Assembly: GCF_009914755.1 (NCBI RefSeq)
Contig: NC_060930.1
DNA from: the human T2T-CHM13v2.0 reference genome, Homo sapiens
Length of the DNA: 64,000 nt
Reading direction: 5' to 3' (one strand)
Part shown: positions 42,211 to 59,299 of the stretch, piece after piece
Layout: the number at the start of each line of letters is the position of its first letter
Numbering within the stretch: the stretch's first letter is position 1
Position numbers and translations under genes: made by a program
Notes under the pieces: generated by a model
Database searches by the model: none
What the model was told of the DNA's origin: nothing
Seen by the model: only the letters and a program-made list of their open reading frames with translations

Positions 42211-45200
42211 ATTTCCTTCTTTTGTCTGCCACTCACTTATGAGAGATTGGCCAAAACTTGACCATAAGCACACCTCTCTGTCATAATCATGTCTGTTTTG
42301 TCTTGGTCTCAGCATGGAACTCATAACTCATGACATCAGACTCATTGAAGAAATATTCCTTTTGTTCATCTTGTTTTTTGTCACTAATCACAGGGAGACC
42401 ATCTGTTGTACTGTTGATGGCTGCAAACATGCATTTAAAATACTTGAGAGAACACAGTGCACCTGGGAGATTAAATGAGGGCTATCAGGAAGAGAAATCC
42501 AAGAAGATTGGAGTATACTGCTTAGCCAAGGTTTCCAGAAACCAAACAAGCTAACATTTCTATGGAAATAAAACAACAACAACAAAAAAAAACAGGTTAA
42601 TGAATATAACTCAGTCTGTGTGTTCAGAAGGCAGTTAGTCAAGAAAATGTTAAGATTTGAGCTCAAAGCATATTTTCCTAGTTTGCAGTCTGAATGTCAC
42701 TGGTTATGGCATCAGGCATCTTGGTGAACTCCCTGAGTGGGCCACATAACATCAGGCCCAAAAGTTGTCCTGTGAAATTTATGTCGAACAGTCTTGCTCC
42801 AGCTTGTAGGGTTTTGTGAAAAGTTAAGTTCATATTTAAAAAAATTTCAAGAACAATGAACATGATGAATCTGATATCTATGAGGTTGTATCATAGTTTT
42901 TTACTGAAACATTATTTTTCTCTCTACAGTTGTCCCTGTATTTAACAAAGAAAATCACAGTAAGACAAATTTATTTGTGAAATAAGTCATGAAACGTGGA
43001 CTGATTATTCACATAAGTGCAGCAAGTCTAGTGGTTGACCATATCGCCTCCTTTTCAGAGTGCTTTGCCAGAACTTTTAATAAAGACTTTCAGATTCGAA
43101 TTTTAAAAGCCTCTTCAGACTAGCAAGCCATGTCAAGAACTTGTCGTCAAACTTTGCCAGCAATACCTATACGTTTAGGTAAATTTCTCTCTTGAGGTCT
43201 TTAAAATATTTTTTACATTTTTGGGCCTTACTTTCATAAACTAGGGAACCCTTAAAGCCAAATAGTAGGCCAATTTTTTCCAAGAACTTTCTTGCCTCCA
43301 TAAAGTCAATCTCAGTTCTTTAAAACTATCTGGTCATATCTAAAACTATGCATATTCTTAAATATGACATTCCAGTCAAAGCTTTGGTAATATAATTTAT
43401 GTTTCCAATTATGTCCTGTTACAAAAGCAACTAATTCTTATTGAACTTATGCAAATAACTATATTGCCATGAAAATAAGAATATTTTATGGTTTCTGAAT
43501 TCTGGAGGGCTCAGGTAGGGAGAAAAAAGTACATGCTTCAATTTTGCTCACAAAGGTATACTTTACCAAATTGCTGTAAGCTATTGGTAGCCTAAGAAAA
43601 AAGAAAAAGGTTTTCTTAAATCTTGAAAACATTAAAGAATTAGCAACGTTTCAAACAAAAAGGCCATAGAAACCCATTTTTTTCATCTGTTCATTCACTC
43701 CCATGTAATTAATTCTTGTTCTGCTTGATGTGAGCAGTTTCATGAACCAATCGGTTTCTTCACTAGAAGTCTGGAAATTCTTACTCATTCCAATGGCAAA
43801 ATCCTTAAAGTTAGAAGCTTGTACTTGTCAGTCCTTTTCATATATCTCCTTGAATACAAAACACTTTAAAATTATAATTGCTTGCAAAAGCTTTCAGTAA
43901 AATACCAGAACAAAACTGTCTATGAATGACAAGATTTAAAATGGCCATGGTAAAAGATCTGATAAGAGTTCATTACAATGCAATTGATAAGAAAATTTTA
44001 TCAATTCAGTGACATACAACATTTTAAGATAATAACTAGAATTATGACTGAAAGTTATATCAAGACTATCAGATTTTTAGGAATTTCATACAATTTCTGG
44101 AACACATTAATAACTCATCCATATAAATATAACTCTAAGAGAGTTAAATGTCACTTATTTTTTGTCAATACTTTCCATGCAATTTAACACATCAAATAAC
44201 TCAAATTAGTTTAACATCTCTCCTTTTATAAGAAGAGAGAATAAAGTATTTTGAGATATTCTGGGTCCCCTCTAGAAGCTCCCAAAGTTAGTCCAAAGTC
44301 AAAAAGACTTAATTTAGAATTTGATTTTGGTTTAAACTAAATAAAAAGTTTAAATACTTTATTAAACAGGATCATCGGCTAGTGGGAAACTAGAGTCATT
44401 CATTTAACCAGACTGATAATTAAAATACCTTAAAAGCAAATACAGAAAGTTACTTAGTTGTAGAAAATCTTAGCTCTTTCAATAGAGAGGACTCAGTATT
44501 TATTTTGAAGTAATCAAAGACTGGAAAGAGGCAAAAATTATTAATTATTTTAATAAGACCCAAAAGTCATTTCCCTTAATTCTATTTTTAATTAATATAT
44601 TAATTAGAATTCTTACATTCTAGTAGCTTTAATTTCTAGTAAAAATTGGGAAGTAAGCAATTGTCGACTTTCTGTCACATTAGCATTCAGTAGATTAGCA
44701 TCATTTTTTATGATTTTTGAGAAGTATCAGCTTCCTCATAGTACAATTTTTCATTGCGGCACAGGAAATGTTTACTAACTGCCTCAAATATCTTTAGTTC
44801 TTCTATAATAAGCCAAATGTGAATAAGGTTAAACTTACGTTCAGTAATTAATAGGATTCAGTAATTTACCTTATTTGGAAAGGATCTAGATAATTTAATA
44901 AATATTCATAATTTAACTTAGCAAAACTCTAAGGGTATAAGGTATGAAAGAGATTTGGAAAATTATTTTAGCAGACATATTAAAAACATAATTATTCTTG
45001 AAAAGTTTATTTATAAATGTTTATTTCTCTTTTGGTTATTTAATTCACTTGTATTTAACAATTATCTTGGATTACTCATTAAAATTTATGAGACAAAAGC
45101 TAGCCATTAGACAAAGCTGGCTATTATCTCAAGTTATTTACCTGATAACTATTTTTACATGGTGCACATGTTAGGCAGTAGTTATCATGAAAGCAAGAAT

Positions 45201-46502
45201 CCTTAAAAAGTTAAATATGTGTGTTTTTTTTTTGTTTGTTGTAGCTGTGCTGGATATATATGAAGTAGTAAACATTGCATCCATTTTCACAATTGTTCTT
45301 GGATAGAAGTTATTTATAGTTTTAGCATCTTAAACATCTAGTAGAGATAACATAAATGCATTTGATTAATAAATCCATGTAAAACAAAAGTTGTGTGTCT
45401 GCATTATATATAATGCCAACACTCTGAAGACATTCCTACATTTAATTAAACCAACATACTTTAGCTTTTATTTACTGAAGATTATATCAGATCATGTAAA
45501 TTTAAATTATTTTGGGTTAGTTCTTATTTTTCAAAGAGGTTAAAGAATACAACATATAAGTGCTTACTTTTTCTTTTAAGTCAATTAAATAGAGCTTTTT
45601 AATAAATTAATTTTGACATTAGCGTACAGAGGTAGAAAAATGTATCACATATGTGTAACATACATAGACATACATGAACATATGAACAGAAGGAAATCTT
45701 ACAGCTTTCATTCTGAAGTTTTAGTACGTTCCAGGTACAGTCATACAAAACTTACTAGTTTGTAAATAAATATCTGGATGTGAATTCTGTTTCTGGCAGA
45801 TGGAACAAAATTACCTGTCCTAATATCTAAAACTTTTGACTAATATTTGTAAAGGAGATCTTTAAGATTTCTTATTTGCACTTTGTAAGGAGTCTTTAGA
45901 AGGCAACTTTTAATTTATTTCATCTTTTAGAAACCTATGCATGATAATCAAAAATACATCTCATTGTTTCTGAGGCATTTGAGATCCCCCTTTTTCTTCA
46001 GTGAACTCCACAGATGAGCAATTTTGATTAGGTTAAGACTTCCCCACTGTGGCCACCAAAATTCTAAATTATTTTTGGGAAGGTTTACCTATTTTTCTAG
46101 AAAATAATAGGTTCCAAGATGGAGGAATCCCAACTCTGTGAATTTGGATAAACCCATTATCTAAATCTTCTTAGTTATTTCGCAGAATCTTCCTAGATAT
46201 CTTTCCATGATCTTTCCCGCCTGAGGCCTCTTACTGGACCCAGTTCAGGTTTTGTTAGACCCAATCTGATGTTGAACCCAATATGACTTTCAAATCTAGT
46301 CTGGATTAAAAATGATCAGATAAACTACAGGTGCTTGACCCAAGTTGTGGAACTTGTATTTGAGGGTGGGTGCTTACTGAGTGACCTCTGGTGCAGCAAG
46401 AAAAACAGTAAGCACAGTGGTCTTCCTAGGTACCTATGTTTGTTTGTTCATTACTCTGAGGGTCTCCATCAGCACCCTGGTCCTCACTTATGACACCAGA
46501 AT
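42211..46502 (-). mobile_element. AT-rich MER4-group ERV1 internal region (non-coding)
   Basis: Lies between two homologous LTRs; PBS tggtgtcataagtgagga (minus strand, ~46481-46498) resembles tRNA-Leu PBS TGGTGTCAGAAGTGGGAT. Confidence 0.8.
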
Positions 46503-47076
46503 TGTTAAAAGGTAAACTCAGGTATATTAAAATTTTAAAGAGTTTATTTGAACAGTTAATGATTCATGAGTTGTGCTGTACCAAACTGCAAGCAGGTTAG
46601 CATTCCACTGTGCAGGGATGAGGTGATAGAGAAATGTTTATATGACATTTGCAGAGCAACACAAAGAAAATATATTTGATTGGTCAGAGTGGAACTTGCT
46701 CTGTTACCCACGCTGGAGTGCAGTGGCACCATCTCGGCTCACTGCAAGCTCTGCCTCCCAGGTTCACACCATTCTCCTGCCTCAGCCTCCTGAGTAGCTG
46801 GGACTACAGGCGCCCACCACCACGCCCGGCTAATCTTTTGTATTTTTAGTAGAGACGGGGTTTCACAGAGTTAGCCAGGATGGTCTCAATCTCCTGACCT
46901 CGTGATCCGCCTGCCTTGGCCTCCCAAAGTGCTAGGATTACAACTTGACAGTTTCTGAGTGTCTGATTGGTAAAGTCTGTGGTTTCATTTTACTCCTTAT
47001 GTTGGGCTTTGGGTTGCTTACATAGAAACTTAAAGTGCAGGAGTCTAATGGCCTCCCAATTATGACCTGTTCAACA
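46503..47076 (-). mobile_element. MER93-type 5' LTR, interrupted by an Alu
   Basis: tgttaaaaggtaaactcaggtatattaaaattttaaagagtttattt...ctaatggcctcccaatta...aaca. Confidence 0.85.
46695..46942 (-). mobile_element. AluY truncated at both ends, no poly-A
   Basis: actgcaagctctgcctcccaggttcacaccattctc and ttagccaggatggtctc (AluY diagnostics); no T-tract. Confidence 0.93.
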
Positions 47077-47594
47077 GATCTCACAGCCTAGTGGGGAGAA
47101 ACAGTATTAAACATAGAATTTTCATACACTAAGATAAACAAAGCAGTAGAGTTATATATAAAAGGTATAGGGGAGGCAGCAAAAAAGGGAGTAATACATA
47201 TTTCCTTTTTTATTGATTATTTGATTGTATTACTTTACTTCATTTCTGCTGAAGAATGTTGGAGTGGACTTTAGGGTTCTAATACATTTCACAGGAGACC
47301 TACGTTAGTTTGGAGCTGAAGAAGCCAAGGACTGTGGAGAGCATCGAAGCCTCATTAGATAGAGTGACTGCCTCTGGAGTGCATCCTTTGACACTGCTCA
47401 ACCTACATCTAAAAAGCAATAAAGGATGCTACAGTCATGAAGATGTCTGTGGCCTTTTCTTCTTCTTGCTTTCCCTCCATTTCCAAGAGAAAGACTTGCT
47501 ACTTCTGGATATGCCACCTCCAGTTCATGGGAGTGGCATTACAGACTCCTTTAAATGAGTTGCAAAGGCAAAACGTTTTATTAATATGCATATA

Positions 47595-47973
47595 TGTATT
47601 AGTCCATTCTCATGCTGCTCTGAAGAAACACCTGAGAATGGGTAATTTATAAAGTAAAGAAGTTTAATTGACTCACAGTTCTACAGGGCTGACAAGGCCT
47701 CAGGAAACGTACAATCATGGTGGAAGGGGAGGCAAACACGTCCTTCTTCACATGGCAGCAGCAAGAAGAAGAATGAGTGCCCAGTGAAGGGGGAGGCCCC
47801 TTATAAAACCATCAGATCTTATGAGAACTCACTCACTATCACAAGAACGGAATGGGGAAAACTGCCCCCATGATTTGATTATCTCCACCTGGTGCCTCCC
47901 ACGACGCGTGGGAATTATGGGAACTATAACTCAAGATGATATTCGAGTGGGGACACAGCCAGACCATGTATCA
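47595..47973 (-). mobile_element. THE1D-like solo LTR
   Basis: tgtattagtccattctcatgctgct...gcctcaggaaac...cacgtccttcttcacatggcagc...gggacacagcc. Confidence 0.93.
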
Positions 47974-49506
47974 GTATATTTATATATTCATTCAGCAGTT
48001 TTAAGAACAGTTTTTCTTTGAGTTGATTATTCTCTTTTAATAGAAATTTCCCTGATGAAAAGAAAAATTCACTATTGTCAGCTTTAAATAGGAGAATCAT
48101 AGACAGGGCTGTGATGGAAGGAGAGCCTTCTGAGGAAGAGCTGTCTCTGCAGACTTCACTGTTTCTGGGGGCAGTCCAGTGGTGAGCACATGGTCTTCCT
48201 ACAATAGGGTTTTTGTAAAGGTTGGGTATTGTTAAAGAAATTCTGGCTTCCTCAGAAAAGAATGATACAGACTTTGGCTTGTCACTTCTCCTAGAAATTG
48301 AAGCTTTCTGGAATAAGCCCATCCATCAGTCCATGCAAAGCAAATGGCCTTCTCCTGCCATATGGGCCTCATGATAGTTATTGCTTCTCCTATCTAGGTG
48401 CCAAGAACAAACTGAGTGTAAAAACTGAGAGTCTAAAAAAATTCAGTGGCTGGGGAATTTCCATCAAATGTTTTGACTGCCATGCAAAAAGGGCATGATG
48501 ATGCAATAATCCCTTTGTGGGGAGGAGGGAGTGCAAAGAGCCCTGGTAATAGAATTTTAATAGCCCAGTGTTCATTTTTGTAAAGACGTTTGATGATTGC
48601 AAGCTAAGGTGATCTAATGCATCTACCTTACTTTTCCTTACTTTTTGCATATTCCTCCCACCAGACCTGGGCAGGCAGTTCCTACGCTGGACACAATTTT
48701 CTAGTGGCAAGGTTAGCCTGAATATGCCAATGTTGCTGCCAAAGCTGCTGATTCTCTCCTGCTATGACTAAGCCCCTTTAAAATGGCACATTATTCTTCT
48801 TTAAATATAAGTGTATTTATATTTCAATTGTAGTTAAAATTTGTGGGCCTAGGTATGTCTTTTCAAGATGAATTTGCTTTATTCTTTTCTAATCTTTAAG
48901 CCCTGATTTTTAAGTTTAACTCTCAGGGAAGAAATTTATTTCAGAGTTTGGAGAGATGCCTCCCTACAGCCCACAAGAACTGCTAAGAACTCTTATTTTT
49001 AAAAATAATCTCTTTTCTTATTCACTGATTAACCTGTTTCTCAAGTGTCGGTTCTTATAATTATTCCTTGGTATAAAAGATCAGAGCTGGAATGAAAAGT
49101 TTCAGAAATTTCACTCACATACTCTAGAGGGGAAGTTTGATGTTATGCTCTTATTATTGGATCTTTTATTTATCATATAAGGATCCTCAGTGGTATAGTG
49201 GAAAGCATTCTTAACGTGAAGTCCAATTACGTTGTTTTTTCATCCTTTTATAGTTATATAAATATCAAATGTGCAAATGTCAAACATAAGTGAGTGACAG
49301 TTTTGCTAATATAAGGAATTAAAATTAAAAATTAAAAATTTTTTAAAAATCTGTATATTAAAGATAATGATACCCAAACCTGATAACCTCACAGGGTTTT
49401 GGGGAGGAAAAATATAATTAGTCAAAATATTTCATGATTAGTAATGTGTCCCATAGTCCTATGACTTTGATAATAATTTTTACAATCATAATTTTTAGAA
49501 TACTTA

Positions 49507-49758
49507 CATTTTTGTGGGTACATAGTAGGTGTATATATTTATGTGGAACATGAGATGTTTTGATACAGGCATACAATATGAAATAAGTACATCATGGAGA
49601 ATGGGATATCCATCCCCTCAAGCATTTATACTTTGAGTTATAAACAATCCAGTTACATTCTTTAAGTTATTTAAAAATATAAAATTAAGTTATTATTGAG
49701 TATAGTCACCCTATTGTGCTATCAAATAGTAGGTCTTATTCTCTCTTTTTTTTGTATC
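49507..49758 (-). mobile_element. Short L1MA2/3-like 3' fragment
   Basis: ttttgtgggtacatagtaggtgtatatattt...catcccctcaagcattta; ~20-bp TSD cataatt(t/c)ttagaatactta at 49487-49506 and 49759-49778. Confidence 0.88.
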
Positions 49759-49789
49759 CATAATTCTTAGAATACTTAGTTTTTATTTC

Positions 49790-50232
49790 ATAGACATGTT
49801 TTGTGGTGCTGCCCAGATTCCTCCTGTAGGATTAGAGTGCTTATTTGCAGCTGCTGGAAGGACGGACACAAGATGACACTCAGCTGTCACTCTTACTTGG
49901 GAGTTGTCTCAGTTAATGGCATACCCTACTCAAGGTCATACCTCTTTCCAGGGACAGCCCACATCGATGAGTAATTAACCCAGTAATATAAAGGCTTGAT
50001 CCCCTAGCCTCAACCTGGGACACCCCTAAAGGGCTATCCAAATTCTAGAGCTTCATGGGAGGTCAGCTAAAACATTCACTGGGACTTCGTCACAGCTCAC
50101 TCTCTTCCTCTGCGAATCCTGTTTTCTTCTACTCCTTTGCACAGGTGTTGGCTCCAAGACACCTCCTTAGTTAACATTGTGCACATCCACCTTCCTGCCA
50201 AAGTCTATGTTCCAGAGAACTCAAAACTACAA
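49790..50232 (+). mobile_element. LTR16-type 5' LTR of an ERV-L provirus
   Basis: tgctgcccagattcc, cagctgctgg, caaggtca, cagcccacatc, tataaagg, cacaggtgttg. Confidence 0.85.
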
Positions 50233-50690
50233 AGCTGAGTACCAGATTGATGAAAGTGGATGCTGAGAAGGGATTTTAGAGTTGGATGGCCTACTGTCCA
50301 GTTGGAACATGGAACTATTGGTGTGTGGAACACAGATAGCTCTTGGCACTAACAGTGAAATTATTTAAATGTTTACTGGTGATGAAATGGGATGCTATAC
50401 TGATGAAAGTTAATTATACCATTAGTTGGTGCCATGTGTCAGGAATTTGGGAACTATATGGATGGTTAAATCAGGCAGCTATTGATAATATTGTACTCTG
50501 AAAAAAGATAATTCAAAGCTAAGAGTGATTAATTGTTGAAAAAAGCCAAATTTGAAAGCGAAAGGGCCTCCTTAGCAGCATATAAAGAGGTTCTCATTTC
50601 CTTCAGTGGAACAGCAGAGAAAGCAGAAGGCCAACCCCTGTCTTCTCATAAAGTTCAAAAAAAGTTGAACTCTAAAAGAAGGGGGGTCTG

Positions 50691-51324
<634 letters not shown>

Positions 51325-52559
51325 GACTGGTCTGCTATGTCAAAGTAAAAGCCCTGATCAGAAGAGAATAGGACCCTGCATTTAGGATGGAAACTTACGT
51401 GTTGAATGTGCGTGTAAATCTTGTATCCCTAAGTTCCCCTGAGCCTACACAAGTGAAAGGCTGGGACTCCTTTCTTGTTTGAAGAGCATTTGGAGGCCTG
51501 TCTTTTGGAAGACATCATCTGCTCCCTCAGGATCTTCCCTTCCCGGCTACTAGAGCAATAATTAGGTCAAAGACAGGGCTATGCAGGGTCCTCTAGTAGA
51601 GGAAAGGGAGTAATCCCTGAAGAAAATGGGATTCCTGGACAATACGTACTAGCAGGAGCTAGAAAAGCACATGTGCGACTGTATGCTGAGGGCGATAGCC
51701 CAAGAGGTGGCACAACAGAAATTTAGATAAAAGAGAACTTATCATTAGAGAGCACTCTCTCAGGATACAGAATTTAGCACCTTGAAAGCATCTGGAGATG
51801 CCCCGAATGTTCTTCTCAGATGGCTCCAAGAAGTACAGAAAATGCTGTGGTCTGCACAGAGAGAGAGGGAAATGCCAGAATTCCTACAGCAGACAATGAA
51901 AGAAGGGATTAAAAGGTTCAGAAAAATAGGCTTGCTGGAGAGGCTATAATATGTAGTTCTGGAAATTCCACCGATGACTATATTCTGTGGATGTGCCTGA
52001 GGGACACGTCATTGGCCGTAGCCATGAGGAACGCACTGGTGAGAATGGAGGCAACATCACCGAGAAGCTCAGGGCTGACATCATTACGGGTCATGTATTC
52101 CATCTGTAATGGGAGATTCCATTACAGATTTGGGCTCAGAAATGGCAATGGGAACCACAGAATCCTGAAAAAAAAAAACGAATTCAGATAGCAGCATGTC
52201 ACCCTCTCAAGCCAAGTGGACCCAATTATCACAATTAGTGGCAGCAAAGGGGCCTGACTCAAAGAGAGTTATCAAGATGGTTAAACACACCTACAGGCAA
52301 AATAGACGGGCAGCCAACAAGTGTACTTGAACTTGTACAGTCAATGGAAATCAAATTGGGTAATCAGGAAGCTATGAGCAGCTAATTCAATAAAATGTTG
52401 CAATTCCTTACCAGGTTTCTGGACCTGAAACAGTTTTTGAACCCAGAATTTATTGACTGAAAGAAAGGCTAGGTCCCCTGAGGGACAGACCATGCAATAC
52501 TGGCCAAATGTACCTAGTCATGATTTTCCTAATCCTTCCCCAATGGTACTTACTGCCAT

Positions 52560-55820
<3,261 letters not shown>

Positions 55821-56200
55821 TGGGGACATGGAGGAGTACATCTTGCACCCCAGCAATCCACATACATACTTCTTGGTACTCTTTTGCCCTACATTGGCTG
55901 TAAATAGACAAGCGTAACCACCCCAGTCAGAGAAGTCAAGGTGATTAGATCCCAGGGATGAGGATGTGAGTCACAACATCAGGTAAATTATTGAGCTGTG
56001 GGTGGGAAGAATCCAGACTGGTCAGTAAAGGAGGGACACAATGGGTCAGCTGTGGCCCTGAGATCAACTCCAGCCCTGGTGGGCATGGTTCTCACTGGCC
56101 TTCTTCTTAGCTTCACCTAGGAAGGGAGGTACCCTGGAATTCTGGAGAAGCTGCTCCCAGAACCTACAGGAAGAATTGATCCACATGGTGCTAGGGTAGC

Positions 56201-56570
56201 TGAGTTAATGGTGTTGTGTGCTGCCCCGATGTCTTTTCAGGAATGAAAGATTTGCTCCCCAGCTGCTGAGAGTGCTGCCCCAAGATGGTGCTCAGTGGTC
56301 AGCCCTCTTTGAGAGTTGCTTTAGCTGAAGGAAACTGACTCACTCAAGGTCACTTTCTTTTTTTCAGGGACAGCTTCGGTCAGGTCCAGTGACCGTCAAT
56401 TAAGGGGTATAATGAACCTGCCCCTTGTCCCAACTGGAAACAACAATTCTGGATGGTTGCTGTGGGCTGACTGAGGCTAAGGGTGGGCTTGCATTGGGTT
56501 CTGCTTCTCCTTCTGTGTAATCCTGTGTCATGCCTCCTCTTACACTGGTGTTGCTCCCAATTCCTGTGCA
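56201..56570 (+). mobile_element. LTR16-type 3' LTR
   Basis: ttcaggaatgaaaga, cccagctgctgagagtgctgcc, ctcaaggtcac, ggggtataa; colinear with 49790-50232. Confidence 0.85.
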
Positions 56571-57683
56571 AGACTGGGCCTAGGCTAGCAGGTTTGCTAT
56601 GTGTGATCAAACCCCACTGCCAAGGGAAGAAAATCCAGCCTGTGTAAAAAAGTTGAAGTAGTTGAGATCTTTTTTCCCTTCTTTCCTGTAAATGTAAAGT
56701 TTGGACTGTGAGGAGCTGGGGGAGTTAAGCCATGGGGAACCAAGATGAGAGGTTGTGAAGAGCATGTTTTTGGTTAGAATGAGGTTAAGGTTGGTGGAAT
56801 TAGAGACAGGGAGATAGAGGGGAAAAATGCATCATTTATGACAAGAAGCCATGAGACAGAGAGAAAGAGAGATTGAGAGCATCCTTGGCCTTCCCAGTTT
56901 CTGCTTTCCATCTGTAGTTAGTGAACTGTCCCAAGTGTTCTTCCTTAATATTCCACTGAATTAGAGACCCACTTCTCCCAGATGTATACAAACACATTGC
57001 TGTATTTTAGTTAGCTGGAGTTGGTTGCAACCAAGATTCTTGACTAGAATGATTGTATAGTATCTTTAGTTTTTGAAACTGTTTTTACATGTGTTTTTGT
57101 ATTCATATAAAAACTACTCTGAGCTGATGTTTTAGATGCATAGAATGGAAGTTAATTGAAATTTGTATTAGTCAGATGGTGCCCCATGGAGAATACTCCA
57201 ATACTGTGTTGTCTAAATTTTGGCCTAGCAAGGAAAATAGAACTAGGACAGAATTAACATTCACATTATTTTTCTTTCGTTAAATGTCTTTAGAGCAAGA
57301 AGTCCATGAGAATAAAAAAGCTGCTTCATTTTCCCTACTGAGCCATTTTACAAATGGGCAAGATGGGGAGTAAGGGGCAGAGAGGGAATAAGAATGAAAT
57401 CATACTAATGCCATTTAATATGAAAAAATGTATAGTTAGAATTCTGATAAATTTGTCACTTCTGATTTCAAAAATTAGTCTTCATAGAAAAAATGTTAGT
57501 GATATTTGAGGAAGGGTATTGCATCATTTCAAAAATAAATAAGGGAAGTTATTTTAGATGTTGTGCCACCATTTAAAAGTCCATTCTTGCAGACAGGGAG
57601 CAGTGGCATTCTGCATGATTCAGTGTGCCCAGAAACTGCCACATAGGTAGGGATGACAGGAAGGAAGGAGTTTATCAATGAAC

Positions 57684-57775
57684 CAGTGGTTTTCAAAGTG
57701 AAGCCCCTAGAGAAGCAACAGCAGCAGCGTCTGACAACTTGTTAGAAATGCCCCACTGCCCCACCTGGACCTGGC
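57684..57775. mobile_element. MER5A fragment
   Basis: cagtggttttcaaagtg...cagcagcagc...aacttgttagaaatgc. Confidence 0.75.
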
Positions 57776-57873
57776 CTACATGCCCCAAACCCTAACCTCC
57801 CCAAAATACTGTCCTATGAATCCCATTGACTTAGGCTGTCAGATTCTAAAGTTTCTTATTTTTCTTTTTGCAG

Positions 57874-57984
57874 ATTGTTATAGTGTTGTGAGAAGAACTA
57901 TTGCCTCAGATCTTGTGAATATAGATTATATGTGTTCAGTGCCTGTGGATTCCAGAAAACTGGAGCCTCTTTGCCTCAGCTACA
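57874..57984 (+). other. Candidate 111-nt exon (unverified)
   Basis: Acceptor tttcttatttttctttttgcag, donor ACA|gttagt; one open frame; product not recognised. Confidence 0.3.
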
Positions 57985-59299
57985 GTTAGTTTGTAGTTCA
58001 TGGTATCAGTTGAGGTTTACACTGCTGGGTTTCTACCCAGGGGCCGGATGGTAGAAGATAGGAAAGGAGATGTGGGGTTGGAAATGCAAGTTAGGATCTT
58101 GCTTTAAACGATTGCACTTTGTTTGTCCATGCATCCTCTTGAAACTTAGTGAATTTTTTTGTGATAAGAATGATTAAAAAAACCTTTCTGGGACAAATAT
58201 GTTAATCACATTTAATCACATGTAATCAAAATTTTGGTCTTTTAACCAAAACATTTTTTATAGACATATTTCTATTGGAAATTAACTAGAATATATACCT
58301 GGTACAAGGAGACTACAGATATCTCCTGACTTACTGAGTGGTCTAAATCCATTTTCTTCTGCTAATTAGACCAGCTGCATACAATCTGGATCAAAAATTA
58401 CCCAAAAGAATTTAAATTCTGAAAGGAAATAGAGCAGGGCACAGAAAATGTATCTGCTTCTTCTCCCATTTTCTTGGTCTTCATAAATATTTTGAAGTTT
58501 TAAAAATATTCTCTATCCAGAGCGATTTCTAGTCATTACTCATTTGTTAGGTAATCTGCCATTGTGTGAGAAACACGGGCATTAAAACACATGCATCTGT
58601 CACATAATAATATTGTAAAGGTGAAAACTATTATGTCTTCATTGAGTCTCAAAGTACTAACACACTAATAGTAAGATAGCATGTTAATTAATCACCGACA
58701 TTAATTGAATAATTTAAAAAACCTATGTTATTATAATCTTTTATTCCCAAAGCCACTTAACATCACTTAAGAAGAGAAAAATGGCTAATAGAATACAATT
58801 AAATATATACTATCAAATCCTTTAGGTTTTTCCCACTTTTCTTTAAAGTTGTGTTCATTCTAGTGAGCAACTAGGTATATGGTTGATTTTAATCTAAATA
58901 TGATTTCTCAGTTCCAAAAATTTGATTAGCAGTTGGTTCTCTGTACACATAGAGCTGGCCACTAAGAGTACATGTTGTTTTGACCAGGAAAATGAGTAAG
59001 AAATGAGGTTCAAGGTCTCTGTCATCATAATCAGCATATTTCATTCAGCTCCATCTTATTCAGGTGTCCATGCAGCAAACAGTCCATTTCTACCCAGTCC
59101 TTCAAACTTTTCATGATCACCCAACCTCACATGATCCCCTGCTTTCACTGTATACTTGTGTGTACTGTTTACTTGATACTGATTCTATACTGCCTTCAAT
59201 TTAATATCTATTATGTTTTGTCTGAAAGCTGAATTGCAGGCCCCTTGAAGAAGGAAAACCCTCTTCTAACCTACGCATATTAGTGTTATCATGTGCATG

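Noticed and set aside
58202-58229. Three copies of a 10-bp unit (ttaatcacat)
   Set aside because: Short slippage repeat; no spacers or other structure
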